Assembly (NCBI GenBank): GCA_035084275.1 | Contig: CM068750.1 | Span: 10,726,001 to 10,790,000, forward strand | Direction: 5' to 3' | Source of the DNA: Hydrolagus colliei | Taxonomy: Eukaryota | Length of the DNA stretch: 64,000 nt | Shown here: piece after piece, positions 13,336 to 24,747 of the stretch | How positions within the stretch are numbered: position 1 is the stretch's first letter | How the letters are laid out: every line of letters begins with the position of its first letter | Made by a program: the position numbers and the translations under genes | The notes under the pieces: model-generated | What the model was told of the DNA's origin: nothing | The model's database searches: none | What the model saw: only the letters and a program-made list of their open reading frames with translations

Positions 13336-14153
13336 CCACCTCAAGAACAACGACTTGCATTTATATAGCCCCCTCCATGCCGGACGGCGTCTCAGAATGC
13401 TTCGCAATGGCAAAGCCTGAAGCCGAGCCAGAGAGAGGTGGAAGTTGACTGTAAGCATTCTCCCTCTCTACTTGGCTCATTGTCGGACCCCACCGCTGTC
13501 AAGTGCTCCACGACGCTAGTCCGCAAGACGGACGTTATATTACTGCAAGTTGCTGTAAATAAATGAATGCAAACTATCCTGCTTTCCTTGTCTTTATTGT
13601 TGGCTGTATAATTGGACATTATGCTTGTAAGCTAAATATAGACCTGCTATTTTTAAGACAATTGGGACCAATTGTCCTGTGGGTAACAGGGAGGGCATAC
13701 TGCCAGTAGCAAATAATTCTAGTTTCCACAGCTGCCATCTGTTAACGACTATTAAAAAATGTGTTTGGTTGCAAAGGTATTTGGATATTTTTATACCAGA
13801 CATGTGTAAAACCACCGTAAAGCAGGGATGCAGAGAGAGAGAGAAAGATGTTTTGTCCAGAAGGGAATTATGAAAAGTCAAATGTAGTGAATTCCCAGAG
13901 CAGGCATCTTATCTATACCCACTAAGGAAACAAGTAACAAGTCTCATCAGTTTAAGACCAAGAATATTTTTGAATGATGGAGCGGCTGCTTCTTTTAACC
14001 TCACTAACACATTGGCAGGTTTTCATGGCGATGATTGGAAGCCTTCAGTAATGTCTGTCAATTTGCCACTGATTAAGATAATCTAGCCATACAATTCCTG
14101 GGTGGATGCCAGGGGAATCCATAGTAAAAAAAAAATGACATCTTCTCCAACAC

Positions 14154-15250
14154 TATTTCTTCACCCCTTCCGTTGTATTAATAGAAAATGGAGGAATCCA
14201 CTCAAATGCAAGATATTTTCATTTTTAGAACCAAAAAGCTTTTAGCGTAACAAGTTCCTACATGTTGGAAAATGTCCTTCTCATGTCCAACTCAATAGTC
14301 ACTGAAGAACCATCCCAAAGGATGTCATTGAAAGTCTGAACGTGAACAATGAATACCAAAAAATGCACACAATATACAGACAGTAACAGTTTTTATTAAA
14401 CTGAATTGTCATTATTCTTTTACCCACTCTTGTTTTCCTTATTGAAAAGGTGGAAGATGTTCTTCAGGTACTTTTATTGATCCAATGTTTACCAACTATG
14501 TGTAAATGATACATTACTGGCTTGTTGTTGGGAGTGAAAGATTTCAAAATACTGTACCTTGCAATACAAACTATAAAATTACAACCTGTCATCTGCTTTT
14601 GGCAGATTAAACTCTGCAAAGCAGGTTTCAATAGAGAGGGAAAATTCCAAACAGTCAAAACCTAAGGAGAAAAGCACTCATCTAAATCATGACAAAACAA
14701 TAATTTGGATCTCAAGCTCAGAATTTTAGTAGACAAAATTAACAAGGCTATTAAAGTTTTGCATGCTGCAGTGCAAGTATTTGATGCAAATATAAATTGC
14801 ACTCATCAGAGAGGTCAATCTTATTATGCAAATTCACAAGCATTCCAGAAATCAATAGTTTCACTTTTTAAAGAAATACTGAACATTATATATTCCAAAA
14901 TATGTGAATCTATGTAGCACAGTATTTATTCAAATGATGATTAATATCTGCCAATGAAAGTCAACTTAAATAGTTTAATATAAAGTGCTAATTGTGACAT
15001 TAATACCCTCTGAAGTGTTAATACAGCATACTACCAGAAGGACTTATGTTTCTGTGAGAAAGGAGCATGATTATTGTGAAATATCTGGATTAAAGGAAGA
15101 CACTTGAAATGGTAAATGTGGGGATATCCATGTTGCCCTTTAATTTATTGATACTTTTCTCCCCATTTTTCCCCTAAGGATATTTATCATATTTCCACAT
15201 CCCCTCCATTGTATTAATAGAAAATGTAGGAAACCACTCAGATCCAAGAT
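14154..15250 (+). repeat. 61 bp direct repeat pair (14154-14214 and 15190-15250)
   Basis: Ungapped alignment, 52/61 identical, with the shared core ttgtattaatagaaaatg. Confidence 0.85.
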
Positions 15251-16899
15251 GTGCATGTTTATGTTTGTTTTTACTGACGCTTAAATTGTCCAATTGCATG
15301 GCCAGGTAACATATGTTCACATCATTACTGTTCCTAATAATACATTCTTCTTGACCATTAGGAAGCATATTTCTCCAAGGTGCAATATTCAACTAGTATA
15401 AAGCACTGCAGACAGTGGCCCAGCCATACAATGAGGAGAGCTCATCATAGATGCAGATGGCAGATATGAGTAACAAACAGTCTTAAGACTATGCTCTACT
15501 GGATTGTAAACACTGGCCTAACTGAATAAAGCACTTAAAATTTATGTTAGGTTGTGGTGAAATCTTTAATAGTCTCTGCAACAAAGTTGCGCAATGATAG
15601 TAAATGATGGCTAGGATCTATTGATTTGAAATTGCACTGCTCTGCTAGCAGGTGAATGAAAATAAATAGGTACAGTGTACCTGAGACAAAGGGAACATGT
15701 GTTATATGTAGTCTTCTATGATTTTAAATCACATTATTGCATTTTCACTCAACCACTAGCTAACCAGACTAACAGAGGAAAATATGATCCGGCTACATGG
15801 ATTTTTCAGCTAAGTGTTTATGCATTTAAAATAAATAAAATGAAATACTTGTCTTCCAAACCTGTGGTACAATGAATATTGTTGTCATGCAACAGAACAT
15901 AGCATTTTTTCTATTCAGTTCATTTCTTTCTCCTAGTTTCTCAAGTAAGATGAAAATACCCTTGATATTCCCATCTATTTTTGTGAAACTAGACTATTTC
16001 TTCTCCATTATGATCATGTTTTGGCTAGTTCATTAACACGCTGTACTAGTAGGTTAAGACATCTACCAACTGTACTTAGAGGTTTATAACAAGGAACTCA
16101 GACTGGGAATTTTTTGATAATTCTCATTCTATGGCCAGCCAGTTTGGCATTCTTTACAAAGCTGTTATGGTACATCAGGATAGGTAGCACTTTTACTCTG
16201 TAAAATATTTCTCAGGTTGGAAAAAGTAGTGTAATGATGTAGCTGATGATTTATAAAGCTTCCATCCAAAATATACACCAAGTGCTGCACAGGTGGGTGG
16301 TTTAAAATAAAGCAAACTGGGAGGGTTGGCAGTGCAACACATGACATGAGTTGTTATTTAGGGGATGAAGCTTAGCATCTGACAGGAGCTGTCAGGAGAA
16401 TGCAGTGTAACATGAGATGTCATTTAGGAAACACAGTGTGGGATAGGATGTGAGTCAGTGGACAATAGGGAGAATGAAAGGATGAAGAGGAAATTGCTAT
16501 AGTCTTGTTCAACTAGGATTTAACTATTCTTTTGTAGATTTTGCTGGGGATTAACTAATCTTTTCTTTGTTTGAGATGTAGATTAAATGATTAATAGGAT
16601 TTTTGCAGTTTATGAAATTGTGCAGTTAATGAGAAGGTTTAAAGGTGAGAGTCTCTAAGGTGAGAGATAAAAATCATCCATCACCTGAGTGATTTTATCT
16701 GCGATGAATATAGAACTACAATATGTTCTGGATTTAGCTTAGATTTTGTGTTACTTCGGGACCACATTTATGAAACTGGGAATTTCTAAATGTGATGATG
16801 CCAACAGTTAAGATTGGAGTTAACAGTTAACAGCGTGGAAGTTACTAACTTAGGCATGTGGAGTAAGGAAACTTGCCCAATGTTTCGGGAATTGAACTC

Positions 16900-17435
16900 A
16901 ACTATCAAACCGTTTCTGGTATACTTACATCATTTGTTTTTCTTAGCTTATTTGCAATTTGTGTTTGCACTTACCATTAAAATTAGAATGATGTGTTCAG
17001 CAACCTCATATGATTTGATCCAGCAACACTGCTGTCCAAACTTCTAAAAGTGATGATGCCAAGGTTTTCTCGGAAAATGGAATGTGCCATTTTGTTGGTA
17101 CATGGTACATGGTCTCTTTTGGAATTTCACTTATTTTATCTTAGTATCTAGTAGCAGCATGATTTTCGTTGTCTTGTAGCTTTTTTTCCCCCCTCTAGTT
17201 CTTTTTGAAGGGTCAATGTTCTTATGTCAATTAACGCAACATTAGCACAGGGTAGCTTTATTTGAGAGCTTGTTCCACACAAACATCACTTGGTCAAGCT
17301 CTCATCTTTCTTGAGGCTTGTTATTGTTATATTCAAGGACTCTAGCCCTGCATTATTGGTTCAATTTATGTAGTCTGCGATCATTCTACATTATCCATTG
17401 GTTTGAACATCTTAAAAATCAGAATCAAGAGGAGA
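16900..17435 (-). mobile_element. Degenerate CR1 LINE fragments
   Basis: Minus-strand remnants LILIFKMF and VWNKL, plus an LGII segment resembling EKDLGV. Heavily frameshifted. Confidence 0.45.
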
Positions 17436-17436
17436 C

Positions 17437-17530
17437 ATAATAATCCTTGCATTTGATATAGCGCTTTATCAAATCTTTGTGATGTCTCACAGAATATACT
17501 GTAAAGTTAATTAACTGTATATTGTGTGGG
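17437..17530 (-). mobile_element. SINE 3' tail fragment
   Basis: ataataatccttgcatttgatatagcgctttatca...cacagaatatactgtaaagt. Confidence 0.8.
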
Positions 17531-18972
17531 GATGTGATCGACTTAGGGTTCAAAACACTCGACAAATTGCAACAATTGAGAATTCAGTCGTCAAACACAA
17601 ATGTAGCTGGTCACTACACTATCACTATATTTCATGCTTTGATGTGGATTCGCAGAAATACACCATCTTGATTGGGGGGAGGTTGGTATGGGGGGGGGAG
17701 GGGGGCGTTGTTTCAAATACAGAGGAAAATAGAAATACTTGGAACACACAACCAAAGGCAAACACAGTTACAGACTGGCACACTGCTCAATTCAAGTAGT
17801 GATTGTTTTGCTTGTGTTTCTGTTTCACTGTGGGTTTTATTTGTCAGACGTGAATTTGGGACTTTATTATTTTGATTATTGTCACCGAGAGTCTGTCTCC
17901 CCTCCCATCCCCCCAAATGACTACAGTACCTGTTTTCCCGTTCTTCTGGGCGATGTAAACACGTTTCCGTTGGTGTTTCGCCATCCACAGCGATACATTT
18001 GCCAGTTGGATGCATGGACCTGAGACACAAATTGCACAGTGAAAAGAGCCTCGGCGATCACCGGTGCCAAGTATAAACCACTGAGATTTTCAGATGCGTT
18101 TGAGTGTCTGGCGCCGCGATGGCTTCTCTTTTAAATCTGTAACCAAGCGATAAAACTTGAAATTCCCTTTTTATATGCACACACTTGCACACACACACAC
18201 ACACACACACTTGTACACGTGAAATCAGCGCTCGTTCATATCAGGCAGGATCCTGTAATAATTACTTTCTTCCTAAATTACACAATACTGGGGAGGAAAG
18301 AGGAAATGCGAGAGGTTTTTTTTTGTGTGTGTGTTTGCTGTCCGGCTCCTTTAGGTTGGAGCCAGGATTTATTTGTTCCTGGGGTGGGGGGGGGGGGATG
18401 GACCCGATCAGATTTCCTACCCTCGAGGGAAAAATTTCCCACTCGCTGCTTTACTGGGAACTTTGAGACGAGGGGAACCGGACTGTGGGCTGAACACTGA
18501 CACATTCAAAAAAAATGCGGACAGATTATTCACGTGGATTATACACACGAGGAAGATTGGGAAAAGGAAAGAGGGGAGGGGGGAGGGGGAGTGGGGGGGG
18601 GGGGGGGAATAATCTCCATCCATCAGCAAAACTAAAGGGGGGTATATTATTAAGTTGTTCATCAATGAACGAATAGGTGAACAGGTAAGGAGAGGAACGC
18701 AGGAATATTTCACTAAGAAGGCGCACGATCTCTGTGACAATCTGCCACTGTCAGAGTCAGTATTTTTGCCATGAGATGATAATAATAATAATCGTTGCGT
18801 TTGGTAAAGTTGGCGTTTTTTTTATCAGATTCCAATCAACTCAATCTTCCCACATCATAGATATCTGAGCGAACTCCCGGGGGCGGGTGGGGGTGGGGGG
18901 GGACACACACGCTGTCACACTCCTTCTGAATGACTCTGTGCCAAATCAAATCAAATCAAATCCCATCGACGT

Positions 18973-19323
18973 GGAGTCCGGTAGCTCAGTGGCTAGAGCA
19001 CTCGCCTTGTAAGCGAGAGACCTGGGTTCAATTCCAGGCAGGGTTGAAAGCTTGGGCAGAGTTTCCTTGCTCCACACACCTGCTAATAATCCTGTGGGTG
19101 GATGGGTGGGGGGGTGGGGGGGTAGGGAGGACAATAATACTGTAAATTGGTGGTTTCAATCCACCACTGTTTGTGGGACTCTGCTGTGCGCAATAGGCTG
19201 CCGCATTTCGCCCACAAATATGCAGTCAATTGACATTATAGCATATTCCGTGAAGCGCTTTGAGACGTCTACAAGACGTGATAAGCGCTACATCGGATGC
19301 AAAGTATTATTATTATTATTATT
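18973..19323 (+). mobile_element. Full-length tRNA-derived SINE (tRNA head, partial Deu core, L2-like tail, (TAT)n)
   Basis: A box TAGCTCAGTGG at 18982-18992 and B box GGTTCAATTCC at 19025-19035. Anticodon arm CTCGC/GCGAG. Core tgtttgtggga...gctgtgcgcaataggctgccgc. Tail gtgaagcgctttgagacgtc...(TAT)n. More than 10 related copies in the window. Confidence 0.92.
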
Positions 19324-20576
19324 AAACCCAGTCCCTTACCTACAGTACCGAGCAGAGAAACTCGGCCACAAGGGGCGCGTTGGCAACGTGCGGCTCAGAC
19401 ACTCAAAGCCATGATGTCGCCGCTTGGTGTCAGTGGAGAGGCGCTCAGCGCGACAAGACATTCCCAACACACACACACACACACAGTGGGTCTGCCGAGG
19501 ACCCCCACGCGTTGTGCTTGCTGATGATTTAGCACAATTCTAAAAATCCGCACAACAGTTCGAAATTGGCGTCTGCCTCCATTGGCAAACCACCGCCTCC
19601 ATCGGGCGGGGGCGGGGAGGGATTTTGTTTTCAAAAGGCACTTTTTTTTCACCCCCCACCCAGCGGTTTTGAAATGATTTGAAGTCTGCAGAACATTTGG
19701 GATTCTGGTTGTTTAGTAACAGGGAGAGAGGGTGGGCCTCGTACACCCTGTGTGTCAGGCCATCGGCTCAGGTTGAAGGTGGGAATGTGTCTGGAAGTTC
19801 AAACCAGCAGCTGCAAAACCACATTTGCACCGTTAATTTACATGGCATGTGTGTGGTTTTTTTTAAAAAAAAACATTATTTTTATATAAAAAAAAGAGAT
19901 TAACACATCTTTTGACCTCGCCTTACAGTGAATTATTTCTGAAGGTTATGTTTGAGATTATGAAGACAGTAAAAAATTACATATCCTGATGGTGTTATTA
20001 AAATACTCCCTCCCCCACCTGGAATTTGTCAACCATTGGAATATTTAAATTCAACATAAACAATGCCAGGGCGGATTCTGCGATGTGATACACAGCACCA
20101 GGATTTGTGGTGGCTTCAAATATTCTCGGCAGTTTGTGTGGGGGGCGGGTGGGTCACTGTTCATTGCAGCCTCATTGCAGAATGATTTTGCCGAGGTGCT
20201 AAGTACCCCTCCCCCCCAAAACCCCTTGAGATAGAAATAGACAGGTGTGTGCACAGTGCAAAATAAAACTGTACCTAAGAAATCAAACCTAAAACAAGAC
20301 AGAGATGTGTGCAACCCTCTGGTAACCCACAGGGTAACCCTCAGCCAATGCAGAAATACTGTTTTTGTAACACTTGTTGTCTGTCTCCTATTTCATGTGC
20401 GGATCCAACCTTCAGATTGACCAGCTTTGGGGATCACCCCCCACCTCGACTCCACAACTGCGCCGCTACTGCCCACGGCAGCGAAACTAAACTTAACTGA
20501 ATTGTCTGCAGCAAGATTAACGGGTTGAAATGTACCCGTGCAATGGGTACAAATGCAAATCATAAATTAACGAAGA

Positions 20577-20601
20577 ATATATATATATATATATATATAT
20601 A
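20577..20601. repeat. (AT)n microsatellite
   Basis: Directly visible. A similar tract lies at about 29253-29276. Confidence 0.9.
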
Positions 20602-20966
20602 CATTCCATGGGGTTATTTGGGAATGACCCGTGTTAAAATGAGACTTGTTAGAAAAAAAATACTGCAATCGCTTGTGATCCGAAGGGCGAAAGTATTGCA
20701 TTTGCCTTGTAATCGTCAGCGCTCCTGATAAAAACAAAGTCAACGCGATTGTTGATGCTTCTTCGATTGCGATTTTTAAAACATGAAAACAATATGAGGC
20801 CACAAAAGATACTCATTTTCTTTCAACTCATTGGCCATCGCCCCCGCCCCCCCCCCCCCCCCCATACACACACAAAAAAACTATATGATCCTAAAAACTG
20901 TAGGATTCATTTGTTTTCCTATTATTAAAAAAATCACGTGTTTTCATAAATCCGATGGGAATATAG

Positions 20967-21048
20967 TAATAATCCTTGCATTTGATGTAACGCCTTATCA
21001 CTTCGTCGAGACGTCTCAAAGCGCTTCGCAGGCTATATTGTAAAGTGC
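20967..21048 (-). mobile_element. SINE 3' tail fragment
   Basis: taataatccttgcatttgatgtaacgccttatcacttcgtcgagacgtctcaaagcgcttcgcag. Confidence 0.85.
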
Positions 21049-22554
21049 TCATTTTTGGTTAGGCGTGTGCAAGTTAATTTTTTCCACGTAGAAAAATGAT
21101 GCTTCAGATTTTAATTTTTTTTATTGTTAACATTCGTTTGCGATGCAACGAGGCGAAACTTTTGTAATTCTGCCAATTGTAAAAAAAAGAACTGAAAACA
21201 TTTATTTTGAAAGACATGTCACAGGGACCAAACACGGGATTAACACAGTCTAAGTGGGCAGAATACAAGACGGGCGATAAGAATCAGAGGGCGTGCAATT
21301 TTCCAAGTGACACACACAGCTCACCAATGAGAAAGTTCCGGGTGGATTATCGGGGCTTTACTCAACAGGAGAATAAACCTGGGATTTCACTCCTGGACCA
21401 GGTGGGTCGTGTTTATAGGATTTGGGACACTGAGACACAAAATCAGCCTCCATTATTACACGGCTCCTGACCGCTCCTGCGTTAAGGTTTTGTTTTCATT
21501 AGTGAAGCTGACGGTGAGGTCCCGAGTGACTTACCGTCAGCCTCTGGAGTGCAAATAACAAGCATAACACACCACAATCCGCAGAGGATCCCATTTATAA
21601 CACTCGCGGTGTGTTTACAAATGGAGGAATGAAGGAGTTTGGTTCGTGGACCTTCAGCCAAAGAAAATCACAGCAACTGCCTGGTGCTGACATTTTATCA
21701 TTCCAGGATCACGCCAGTGAAAATCAGCTTTGTTTGTTTGGCAGCACGAGTGAGGTGCGTTCAAAGCACTAAAAAAAACAGAGACGAATATATACCAAAG
21801 ATTTGCTGAAAGGCAATAATCTCATCAAGGGGTTCAGATAATGTCTGCCTCTTGCAGTTTAGAAATATGATTTGAATCCCAAACTGAGACTGTAGCATTG
21901 ATATCACCCCAGTGCACTCGGTATTGCATTGTAACTGCAGCGGCTCTGAGATCCATCTGATTCCTATTTTGATTTGATATTTTCTTCAAGGGCAGTGTCA
22001 GGGGAGAATAAATAGCTGTAGTTGATGCAATAACATCAACACTGAAGGATAGATGTTTGCAGCATAATGACAGAAAGTCTATCCAATGGTAATAGGTGGG
22101 TAGTTACCACGAAATGGTACTATCAATATATTGTATATTAAAAACATGTAGCAGGAAAAAAGAACTGGAGTTAGTTCAGTTTGTTCACCCCTTCGCTCCC
22201 GCCCTTCCCCGACTGCTCTTCGATCCTTCAGCCACAAATTTCAAGTTGTTAAAATGCCACGACTAACATATTTATATTTGGTCGTTGGAAACAATGCTTT
22301 CCGTGTCACGATAAGACATATACTGAATAGCAAAAATAAAACACATTTAGAAATTTTGTATTCTATCCTTGATAAACTATGAACTCCCGTAACCGGGTTA
22401 ACCTTAAATTGGTGCTGTTACAAGTCACAGAAATGTATGTTATTGTTAATCATGGAGCCGCTGGACACATGCTGCGAGTGTTATTCTTATTTGAGTACAG
22501 ATTACAGATATTCTCTTCTGACTAACTCCAGGGACCTTGCCCAAATAACCCTAG

Positions 22555-22645
22555 TAATATAATGATAATCCTCGCATTTGATATAGCGCCTTATCACAAC
22601 GTCCAGACATCTCAAAGCGCTTGACTGTATAGTTTGTGGGTGAAA
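22555..22645 (-). mobile_element. SINE 3' tail fragment
   Basis: ataatcctcgcatttgatatagcgccttatcac...ctcaaagcgcttgactgtat...tttgtgggtgaaa. Confidence 0.85.
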
Positions 22646-24079
22646 TCATTCTTCGCGTGCAAGACTGGACAGTGATTATTTACGGGTAGCTGGGCAAAGA
22701 ATGCCACACAAGGTCCATCCTGACACTGTGTAGATTGTGTAGATTGAGAACCCATTTGGGGGTAAGACATTAGTTTACAGATGTGTGCCTCCCAGTAGGA
22801 TTTGATTTCCCTGCTCCATAGTGTAGGAACGTTGATGTCAAAGGAAACCCTCCTCGTTACCAACCAATGATCCAAACCGAGATCTCCTCCTATGGGTCTA
22901 TTGATCCCGCACGCCACGGAGATGTCCTCGCCCAATATTTTCTAGTATGCTTTTTAATTAGTTCTACGTGTTTTGTGAGGATGGAACTGTTTCGTTTCTA
23001 CGCGCCATAAATCCATCAGAACATCCGTGAAGAAAATCTGTGAACGCCTCAACTGGATCTGTGTTGGACTGGAAAATCTTCTTTACATTTTCGCCAGTCG
23101 AATCGGATATATATATATATAAAAAAAACACACATCTACTTAATTTACAAACCAGAAACTGGGTAGCAATGTTAAAGTGGTTCTGGGGAGAGTGGGGGGG
23201 GGGGGGGGGTGGAGGGGAGGTTGGGGGGCAGAGATGCAATTTACCACAATTTAAAAATGGGTGAGTCATGATAGGACAAGATGAGCAAATTTCCACTTGA
23301 TCCATCTGATATTTCACATGCGGCGTTTTGCATGAGGGGGGCATGATACTCTGATTATTCGCCAATCTGCCTCTCTCACCCCGAGTCCTGCTCGTTTCAC
23401 TGTCGAGGAGACGGTCAAGATTATCTGGTGATTTCATTAGTGAGTTGGAATGGACTTCCTTCCATAGTAACCGGAACAAATGATGTTCATCGTCCTTCAT
23501 TCATTCGCCTCTCGTCTTGGGCAAACTTTTTGTTTTGGTGGTTGTGAGGGGGCGGGGGTTTAAACGGATCGGCTAATATCTGGATCCTTGGTTTACTTGA
23601 TGCTTGAGTTTAACGGGGAAATAAGTTCGTTTTGACCATTCGGGTAGCCACACCTGTGATATAAAAGGGAATATCAAAACCCCCTGGAAATGTTTATTTT
23701 CCATTATTTACCAGTCAGCAGCTAAGTCTTTCTGGGTTACTGAAGGCGAAAGAAGTTGTATTGACATATTCTGTGCTTAGTTGCAGCTTTCCCGCTGATT
23801 TTGGAAACGATTTATTTTCCGTGGGCTTTAATGAACAATTTTCACGCTGTGGTTGCTAAGAAATGAACTGGCTCATCACATATTTCAATGCGACTGTTTA
23901 AATATTTGGTTTCATATGCACCGTCTACTTTTGCAGATTGTAAATATTTATGAAACATCAAACTAATGTTATTACATATTAGCGGGATTGTGTGTTTATC
24001 TCATGTACAATACGTTAAACTGAAGTCGCGAACCAGTCAAAAAACAAGCCCGTTTGTGGGAGGTAATTAATGAGCCGCT

Positions 24080-24094
24080 CCACTAGGTGGCGGT
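24080..24094 (+). promoter_or_regulatory. Candidate CTCF site
   Basis: CCACTAGGTGGCGGT is a near-consensus CTCF core. Motif match only. Confidence 0.55.
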
Positions 24095-24686
24095 GCCTGC
24101 ATTGCTTGGGAACAGGTCTGTTACATTGGGAGATGGTGTCAGGAACTGTAACAGGGAACCTGACTTGGCGGCCGACACGTTTATTTCCCCCCCCCCCCCC
24201 CCCCCACCCCCACTCCCACCCTCTACTCCCACCCTCAAATTGTCTTTGTTTTCATCTGCGAAGCATTCATATGTTCTTCTGAAAGCAAACGACGTTTCCG
24301 TCCGTGTTTAAGAACTTACACAACGTTTGCAATGATTTTGCTTCACGCTATAAATCACCAGTAAATCAAACGGTCGAGCCAGCTTTTTTTTAACTAAAGA
24401 AAAAGTATGTTTATTTAAGAAAGCCTGGTTTAAACATCTATTTGCTAATCATGGAATTGAGTACAGTTTCCCAGTGGTAGAGTGGGAGACTATAAGTGTT
24501 ACAGTTCTTTTTTTTTCTGGTAAACAATGTATATCAGGTTTTTTTTAGAAAAAAAAGAGATATAAATCTTTGCTATTGTTGAAACCTTTCGTGATTGTAA
24601 TAATTGCAGATGATTTTAGTTATATTGTACAAGCGGATCTTTATTTTCCGGGACTCGATTCACGGCTCACCAGAATTTACTTGGAA

Positions 24687-24747
24687 GGGGGTGTGGGGGG
24701 AGGGGGGGCGGGGGGGTGGTAGAGGGGGGGGGGGGAGGGGGGGGGGG
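24687..24747 (+). repeat. Poly-G tract cluster (G-quadruplex potential)
   Basis: Six G-runs of 5-12 nt within 61 bp. Confidence 0.85.

Noticed and set aside
18973-19045. tRNA-Thr(TGT) gene; likewise tRNA-Ala(CGC) at about 53830
   Set aside because: The acceptor stem does not pair, the T-stem is imperfect, the anticodon differs between copies, and the sequence continues into SINE body and tail.
21507-21541. Pre-miRNA
   Set aside because: The stem (12-14 bp) is too short and I recognise no known mature miRNA. Kept only as a structural observation.
22964-23500. 178 aa minus-strand ORF
   Set aside because: It runs through a poly-G tract and a (TA)n repeat and has no protein-like motifs.
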